From Candidatus Firestoneibacteriota bacterium (GTDB taxonomy: Bacteria > Oederibacteriota > D2-FULL-39-29 > JBBTED01), in assembly GCA_038042445.1 (NCBI GenBank), contig JBBTED010000059.1, positions 20,972-84,971 of the forward strand: a stretch of DNA of 64,000 bases. The letters run 5' to 3'. How positions within the stretch are numbered: the first letter of the stretch is position 1; each line of letters starts with the position of its first letter. The notes beneath the pieces were generated by a model, which was given only the letters and a program-made list of their open reading frames with translations, did not search any database and was not told where the DNA came from. A program made the translations under genes and the position numbers. Positions 57,952-64,000 of the stretch are shown piece by piece.

Positions 57952-58693
57952 ACTAAATCTTTCTGAGTTGTACAATTATGTTGAGGAGCATATCTTAACC
58001 TTTCATCAAAAAAGATTGGATTACGTTAAAAACAAAGTTGATTTTAAAAATATATTGGAACACAAAAATCCATATCTTTTCAAAGCAAAGAATATATTAA
58101 CAGCACAAGACCTTATTAAAGGTTTTTTAGATGCGTACCTTCAATCACAGGAAGAAACTTTTTTTGGTGAGTTTATTGAAGGACTTGCAATATTTGTTTG
58201 TAATAAAATTTTTGGTGCAAAAAAATCAAAACTAACAGGTATAGATTTAGAGTTTGAAAAAAATAACAAAATATACATTGTTGAAATAAAGGCAGGTTGG
58301 AATTGGGGTAATTCAAGTCAAATCAGGCAATTAAAAATCAACTTTAATAATGCAATAAAACATTTTAAATCAATAACTGACAAAGAAATAATTGCAATAA
58401 ACGGTTGTTGCTTTGGTAAAAAGAAAAACAAAAATCCTGATAAAGACGGATACTTTAAAATATGTGGACAGGAATTCTGGCAACTCATTACAGGCGAAGA
58501 AGATTTTTATATTAAAATAATGGAACCTATTGGACATAAAGCAAAACAAAAAAATGAAGAATTTGTTGATGCATATTCTATTTTAATAAATAAATTTACT
58601 TTTGAATTCTCAAACTGCTTTTGTTTTGATGGTAAAATTAAGTGGGATAAATTATTAGAATTTAATTCAGGCAAAAAGAAAAGTAGTAAATAA
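57944..58693 (+). CDS. Type II restriction endonuclease, PmeII/EcoO109I-like
   Basis: KNPYLF, ET.FG...E.LA, GIDLEF, EIKAG.NWGN, GQ.FW; coupled to the methyltransferase gene. Confidence 0.8.
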   Translation: MNKLNLSELYNYVEEHILTFHQKRLDYVKNKVDFKNILEHKNPYLFKAKNILTAQDLIKGFLDAYLQSQEETFFGEFIEGLAIFVCNKIFGAKKSKLTGIDLEFEKNNKIYIVEIKAGWNWGNSSQIRQLKINFNNAIKHFKSITDKEIIAINGCCFGKKKNKNPDKDGYFKICGQEFWQLITGEEDFYIKIMEPIGHKAKQKNEEFVDAYSILINKFTFEFSNCFCFDGKIKWDKLLEFNSGKKKSSK

Positions 58694-58792
58694 TAATTAC
58701 TCAGTGAGGATAGAATTTATCTTATTTTCTTTTCCCCAAATTTTTTGAATTGACTTTTTAGTTGCTTTATAATTAAAATGTAGGAAATATAG

Positions 58793-59026
58793 ATGCCGAC
58801 AATTATAATAGAAGGAGGATTTAGACTGTTTTTTTATTCAAATGATAAAAAAGAATTACCATATGTTCATGTTCAGTATCAATCGTCAGTGGCAAAGTTT
58901 TGGATACATCCAGTGTCACTTGCAAGAAATTTGGGTATGAATGTGTCAGAGTTAAGAAAAGCATCAGATTTAGTTTTAAAACATGAAAGTTTAATTAAGG
59001 AGAAATGGGATGAGTACTTTAGCTGA
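58793..59026 (+). CDS. DUF4160 family protein (putative toxin of a toxin-antitoxin pair)
   Basis: MPTI....GFRLFFYSND...P.VHV......AKFW...W.EYF. Confidence 0.85.
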   Translation: MPTIIIEGGFRLFFYSNDKKELPYVHVQYQSSVAKFWIHPVSLARNLGMNVSELRKASDLVLKHESLIKEKWDEYFS

Positions 59027-59270
59027 AAGAGTTGTATATGAACCTACAGCAAAAAAAGTTGCATTCACAAATGATTTTCTATGCCTTTATCTCGCAGATG
59101 GAAGAGAAATTAGAGTACCTATTGAATTTTATCCGCGTCTAAAGAAAGCAACTAAGAAGCAACGTGAAAAATATGAAATCGTTGGTAATGGAACAGGCAT
59201 TTATTGGTCGGATATTGATGAGGATTTATCTGTTGAAGGTATTGTAGAAGGTTATCCAAGTAGGTTCTAA
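59010..59270 (+). CDS. DUF2442 family protein (putative antitoxin)
   Basis: L.DGREI.VP...YPRL..AT..QR......G.GI.W.DIDEDLSV. Confidence 0.88.
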   Translation: MSTLAERVVYEPTAKKVAFTNDFLCLYLADGREIRVPIEFYPRLKKATKKQREKYEIVGNGTGIYWSDIDEDLSVEGIVEGYPSRF

Positions 59271-59372
59271 GAATAAATATTATTAAAACAGGTAACATTG
59301 AAAGAAACTATAAAACGACTTAATGCTTTTATTTATAAACATACTGTTACAAAAGAAAGGTGAGAAATTTCT

Positions 59373-59858
59373 ATGAAAGGCAAAGTTTTTAAATATAAAG
59401 ATAATGTAAATACTGATGAGATAATTCCAGCAAGGTATCTTAATACTACAAATCCTTTAGAGCTTGCTAAATATTGTATGGAAGATATAGATATGGAGTT
59501 TGTCAAAAAAGTGAAAAAGGGTGATATTATAATTGCAGGGAAAAATTTTGGGTGCGGATCATCTCGGGAACATGCACCAATTGCAATAAAAGCTTCTGGT
59601 ATTTTCTGTATTATAGCTTCTAGTTTTGCGAGAATATTTTACAGGAATGCTTTTAATATAGGTTTACCTGTTTTGGAGTGTGTTTGTGCTGATGAAATTG
59701 ATAATGGTGATATATTGGAAATTGTATTATCCAAAGGATTGATTAAAAATCTGACAAAAGGTAAAACTTATAATGCTTTACCAGTGCCGGATTTTATGCA
59801 GGGAATAATAAATGCAGGTGGTTTAATGGAGTATGTAAGAAAGAAGGCGGAAAAATGA
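59373..59858 (+). CDS. leuD: 3-isopropylmalate dehydratase small subunit
   Basis: [33 protein letters not shown]. Confidence 0.96.
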   Translation: MKGKVFKYKDNVNTDEIIPARYLNTTNPLELAKYCMEDIDMEFVKKVKKGDIIIAGKNFGCGSSREHAPIAIKASGIFCIIASSFARIFYRNAFNIGLPVLECVCADEIDNGDILEIVLSKGLIKNLTKGKTYNALPVPDFMQGIINAGGLMEYVRKKAEK

Positions 59859-60913
59859 AAACATATAAAATTGCTGTAGTTCCGGGTGATGGAATTGGTC
59901 CTGAAGTAATTCAGGAAGGTTTGAAAATATTAGAAATTGTTACATCCAAGTTTGGGTTTAAATGTGAACTTATCAAATATGATTTTGGCGGGGAACGATA
60001 TCTAAAAACAAAAGAGATATTGCCAGATTCTGCATTGGCTGAATTCAGGAAAATGGATGCAATTTATTTAGGTGCCATAGGTCATCCTGATGTTCCTACA
60101 GGACTTCTTGAAAAAGGTATACTTTTGAGAATAAGATTTGAACTTGACCAATATATAAATTTAAGGCCTATAAAATTATATCCCGGTGTGGAAACTCCAA
60201 TAAAAAATAAAGGGCCTGAAGATATTGATTTTATGGTTGTGCGGGAAAATACTGAATGTTTATATATAGGAGTTGGCGGGTTTTTAAAAAAAGGAACTGC
60301 AAATGAAGTTGCAATTCAGGAAATGGTTTATACCAGAAATGGAACTGAAAGGTGTATTCGTTATGCTTTTGAATTAACTAAAAAAATAAACAAGAAAAAT
60401 CGTTTAACATTATGTGATAAAGCAAATGTGTTAACATACGGCCATGATTTATGGAGAAGGGTTTTTGCAGAGGTAGGAAAAGAATATCCCAGTATAGAAA
60501 AGGATTATGCTTATGTTGATGCTACTACTATGTGGATGATAAAAAATCCTGAATGGTTTGATGTGATAGTTACCTGTAATATGTTTGGAGATATAATTAC
60601 TGATTTGGGAGCGATAATTCAAGGTGGAATGGGAATTGCGGCTTCCGGGAATATCAATCCTGAAGGAGTGTCAATGTTTGAACCTATACATGGTTCAGCT
60701 CCAAAATATAAGGGAAAAAATATGATAAACCCGATTGCTTCTATATGTGCTTGCCAGATGATGCTTGATTATTTAGGTGAGAAAAAAGCAGCAAATGCAG
60801 TTGAATCTGCTGTGATGAAAGTACTTGCTTCAGGTAAATTGAAAAGTCTTGATGCAGGCAAAATGGGTTTTACTACTTTTGAAGTCGGAGATTTAGTTGC
60901 AAGTTATATATAA
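59855..60913 (+). CDS. leuB: 3-isopropylmalate dehydrogenase
   Basis: [30 protein letters not shown]; sits in the leu operon. Confidence 0.92.
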   Translation: MKTYKIAVVPGDGIGPEVIQEGLKILEIVTSKFGFKCELIKYDFGGERYLKTKEILPDSALAEFRKMDAIYLGAIGHPDVPTGLLEKGILLRIRFELDQYINLRPIKLYPGVETPIKNKGPEDIDFMVVRENTECLYIGVGGFLKKGTANEVAIQEMVYTRNGTERCIRYAFELTKKINKKNRLTLCDKANVLTYGHDLWRRVFAEVGKEYPSIEKDYAYVDATTMWMIKNPEWFDVIVTCNMFGDIITDLGAIIQGGMGIAASGNINPEGVSMFEPIHGSAPKYKGKNMINPIASICACQMMLDYLGEKKAANAVESAVMKVLASGKLKSLDAGKMGFTTFEVGDLVASYI

Positions 60914-60919
60914 TAAAAC

Positions 60920-61002
60920 TGTAGTTGCTGATTTATCAGCGTTTTTAAATTAATATTTTATGATTATATATGTCATCTTAAGCCGATAAATCGGCAACTA
61001 CA
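60920..61002. repeat. Inverted pair of GTAG-type REPs
   Basis: tGTAGttGCTGA-TTTA-TCAGC (60920-60940) and an inverted tGTAGttGCCGA-TTTA-TCGGC (60982-61002). Confidence 0.88.
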
Positions 61003-61028
61003 TTATTAATAAAGAAGGATAAAAAATT

Positions 61029-62039
61029 ATGAAACAATACAATGTTGCAATAGTAGGTGCTACTGGTGCAGTTGGAAATAAAATGCGGGAAGTATTAGAA
61101 GAGAGGAATTTTCCTGTTGAAAATTTACGTTTGTTAGCTTCAGCTCGTTCTGTTGGAAAGAAATTATCATTTAAAGGTGAGGATATTTCTGTAGAGGAAC
61201 TAAAAGAAAATTCTTTTGTTGGTATAGATATAGCGCTATTTTCTGCTGGTGCAACTATAAGTAGAAAATTTTGTCCTATTGCTGCAAAAGCAGGAGCTAT
61301 TGTTGTGGATAACAGCAGTGCGTGGAGAATGGATAAAGAAGTGCCACTTGTGGTTCCTGAAGTTAATCCTGATGCTATCAAAAGACATAAAGGCATAATT
61401 GCAAATCCTAATTGTTCAACAATACAGATGGTTGTGGTGTTAAAACCGTTACATAATGTGGCAAAAATTAAAAGAATTGTAGTGTCAACATATCAGGCAG
61501 TTTCAGGAAAAGGGCTTAAAGCAGTAGAAGAGCTTAAACTTCAGTCGAAAGCATTACTTGAAGGTGCAGAGCCAGAAATAAAAGTTTTTCCTCATAGAAT
61601 AGGATTTAATATATTGCCGCAAATTGATGATTTTTTGCCAAATGGATATACTAAAGAAGAAATAAAAATGATTCAGGAAACAAAAAAAATAATGGAAGAT
61701 GATTCTATAAAAATGACTGCAACTACAATTCGTGTTCCTGTTTTTAACTGTCATAGCGAATCAGTAAATATTGAAACTGAAAAAAAGTTGAGTCCTGATT
61801 CTGCAAGAGAGATTTTGTCAAAATCACCAGGTGTAATTGTCCTTGATGAACCAGCATCTTGTAAATATCCTTTACCGAGTATTGCTGATGGAAAAGATGA
61901 ATGTTTCGTCGGCAGAATAAGAGAAGATGAGTCTATTGAAAATGGGCTTAATCTTTGGATTGTTGCAGACAACATAAGAAAAGGCGCAGCTACCAATGCT
62001 GTTCAGATTGCAGAAATAGTGATTAAATCATTGCAATGA
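61029..62039 (+). CDS. asd: Aspartate-semialdehyde dehydrogenase
   Basis: GATGAVG, DNSSAWRM, NPNCST, STYQAVSG, DNIRKGAA.NAVQI. Confidence 0.97.
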   Translation: MKQYNVAIVGATGAVGNKMREVLEERNFPVENLRLLASARSVGKKLSFKGEDISVEELKENSFVGIDIALFSAGATISRKFCPIAAKAGAIVVDNSSAWRMDKEVPLVVPEVNPDAIKRHKGIIANPNCSTIQMVVVLKPLHNVAKIKRIVVSTYQAVSGKGLKAVEELKLQSKALLEGAEPEIKVFPHRIGFNILPQIDDFLPNGYTKEEIKMIQETKKIMEDDSIKMTATTIRVPVFNCHSESVNIETEKKLSPDSAREILSKSPGVIVLDEPASCKYPLPSIADGKDECFVGRIREDESIENGLNLWIVADNIRKGAATNAVQIAEIVIKSLQ

Positions 62040-63856
62040 GAAAAAAAGAAATTGCATTTATTGCAACAGATATTTTATTAATCAATTTAAGCATACGATT
62101 AGCTTTTTTTATAAGGTTTGGAAATGATATACCTTTTGAATTTGCCAAACATTTAGGTTTGCTTTTTCTTTTTGTAACAGTTATACGAATATGCGTATTT
62201 TATTTTTTTAGAATATACAAGATAGTTTTTAAATATATCGGCACGTCTGATTTAATTTCAATTATAACCGCTATATCAGTTGGATCCGCTTTAATTGTAA
62301 CCGGAGTTTTCTTTACCCGTGAACTTGGATTTCCCAGAACTGTTATAATAATCGATTGGCTTTTAAGTATTGTTTTTATATGTGGAGTCAGGTTTTTGCC
62401 AAGTGTATTGGGGAATATTAGAAAAAAGACAGTTAATCAGGAAGATATAAAACGTGCTTTAATAGTTGGTGCTGGGGATATGGGTGAGATGGTAGTTAGG
62501 GAAATGGAAAAGCACAAAGAAAAGGGATATATTCCTGTTGGATTTATAGATGATGATAAAGAGAAAAAAGGATTGCGAATTCATAATGTTGAGGTTTTGG
62601 GTTTAAGTAATGATATTGTAAAAATAGTTAATAAGAAAAAAATTAATGAAATAATAATTGCATTACCTGATGCATCTCCGCAAGTAATACAGAATTTGAT
62701 AAAGCACTGTGAAAACGCAAAAGTTAAATTTAAAATTATTCCATCTTTGCACGATATAATGTCTGGTGACGTTAGTATAAATCAGATAAGAGAGGTTGAA
62801 ATAGAAGACTTGCTTGGCAGGGAGCCAATAAGTATTGATTTGGAAGAGATAGCATCATATTTGCGAGGAAAGAATGTTTTGATAACAGGTGCCGGTGGTT
62901 CAATTGGTTCTGAATTATGTAGGCAGGTGATGCATTTTGAACCTGCGAATTTGGTAATGATTGGTCAGGGTGAAAACAGTATTTACAATATTGAAACAGA
63001 GATGAAAAGAGCCTATCCGGATAGAGAGTTTGTATATGTTATAGCAGATGTAAAAGATGTGCAGAAAATCGAGTGGATTATTGAAAAATACAGGCCAAAG
63101 GTTGTATTTCATGCTGCAGCACATAAACATGTTCCAATGATGGAGCATAATATTGATGAAGCTGTAAAAAATAATATTTTTGGTACAAAATCAATAGCTT
63201 TGGCATCTTTGAAATATGAGGTGGAAAAATTTGTTCTGATATCAACTGATAAGGCTGTAAATCCAACAAGTGTTATGGGTGTTACAAAAAGAGTGGCTGA
63301 AATGACAATACAGTCATTATTTGATAAAGGTAAGACAGATTTTATGGCTGTTAGATTTGGAAATGTGCTTGGAAGTCGTGGAAGTGTTGTTCCATTATTT
63401 AAACATCAGATTGCACAAGGGGGTCCTGTTACAATTACACATCCTGATATAATAAGATATTTTATGACTGTAGAAGAAGCAGTTCAATTAGTGATACAGG
63501 CAGGTGCAATAGGAAAAGGTGGAGAAGTTTTTGTGCTTGATATGGGGCAACCTGTTAAAATAGTTGATTTAGCACGTAATTTGATTACTTTGTCAGGTTT
63601 TAAGCCAGACGAGGATATTAAAATAGAATATACGGGCTTGCGACCTGGGGAAAAATTGTATGAAGAAATGTTGACGAAATCAGAAGGTGTTACAGCAACT
63701 AATCATAAAAAAATATTTATCGCAAAGCCAGAAAAAATAGATGCAAAAAAATTAAATGAAGATTTAAATGAACTTCTAAAACTATCAACGAATATTAATG
63801 GTGAAGAAATTATAAATAAATTGCAGGAAATAGTCCCTGCATATAAACGAATGTAA
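62036..63856 (+). CDS. Membrane-bound nucleotide-sugar 4,6-dehydratase (CapD/PglF/WbpM-like)
   Basis: N-terminal TM helices, GAGGSIGSEL, HAAAHKHVP, STDKAVNP..VMG.TK, RFGNVLGSRGSV. Confidence 0.93.
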   Translation: MRKKEIAFIATDILLINLSIRLAFFIRFGNDIPFEFAKHLGLLFLFVTVIRICVFYFFRIYKIVFKYIGTSDLISIITAISVGSALIVTGVFFTRELGFPRTVIIIDWLLSIVFICGVRFLPSVLGNIRKKTVNQEDIKRALIVGAGDMGEMVVREMEKHKEKGYIPVGFIDDDKEKKGLRIHNVEVLGLSNDIVKIVNKKKINEIIIALPDASPQVIQNLIKHCENAKVKFKIIPSLHDIMSGDVSINQIREVEIEDLLGREPISIDLEEIASYLRGKNVLITGAGGSIGSELCRQVMHFEPANLVMIGQGENSIYNIETEMKRAYPDREFVYVIADVKDVQKIEWIIEKYRPKVVFHAAAHKHVPMMEHNIDEAVKNNIFGTKSIALASLKYEVEKFVLISTDKAVNPTSVMGVTKRVAEMTIQSLFDKGKTDFMAVRFGNVLGSRGSVVPLFKHQIAQGGPVTITHPDIIRYFMTVEEAVQLVIQAGAIGKGGEVFVLDMGQPVKIVDLARNLITLSGFKPDEDIKIEYTGLRPGEKLYEEMLTKSEGVTATNHKKIFIAKPEKIDAKKLNEDLNELLKLSTNINGEEIINKLQEIVPAYKRM

Positions 63857-63925
63857 TCATTTGTATTAGATAATGACGGTTTGCCTTTTTCCCTTGGAGA
63901 CTGTGTTATAATTAAAATTTTGGAT

Positions 63926-63992
63926 GTCATTCCCGCGAAAGCGGGAATCCAGTGACTTTAAAATCCTTTAAAATCAAAGCCTCTGGATTCCC
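63926..63992. repeat. GTCATTCCCGCG-type palindromic element, cut by the window end
   Basis: GTCATTCCCGCGAAAGCGGGAATCCAG...CTGGATTCCC. Confidence 0.75.
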
Positions 63993-64000
63993 GATAAGAG

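Noticed and set aside
399..63930. The many short ORFs antisense to, or nested in, long genes
   Set aside because: They overlap confidently assigned genes and show no recognisable motifs; treated as chance open frames.

Overview
An AT-rich bacterial chromosomal segment, almost entirely coding on the + strand. A TonB C-terminus, an outer-membrane beta-barrel, a Tat substrate and a corrinoid-activator gene suggest a diderm anaerobe; taxonomy cannot be fixed from this window. Core content: pilM-pilN-efp-accB-accC, pfkA-pilT, recO-csaB, trxB, rsmI, pdxA-rsmA, GDP-mannose genes, ftsB, atpZ/atpI, ilvC-psd-pssA-leuA-leuC/leuD-leuB-asd, a CapD/PglF-like dehydratase and three tRNAs (Arg-CCG, Leu-TAG, Cys-GCA). 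Accessory blocks: an MNT/HEPN plus Apea-like HEPN islet beside tRNA-Leu, a run of exported beta-propeller/HEAT/TPR proteins, a lipopeptide-DUF4382-beta-barrel trio, a MarR/SnoaL unit with a visible operator, a minor-pilin locus with tandem PilX-like genes followed by a DUF2723 glycosyltransferase, and an R-M plus DUF4160/DUF2442 insert between leuC and leuD. Best leads: a PilZ domain fused to a RACo-type corrinoid activator next to pilT; the pilus-tip and glycosyltransferase locus; a CDS whose stop codon lies inside tRNA-Cys; several families of structured intergenic repeats; and apparent leaderless transcripts. All family calls come from motif recognition by eye, not database searches. No CRISPR array, rRNA, integrase or transposase was seen.
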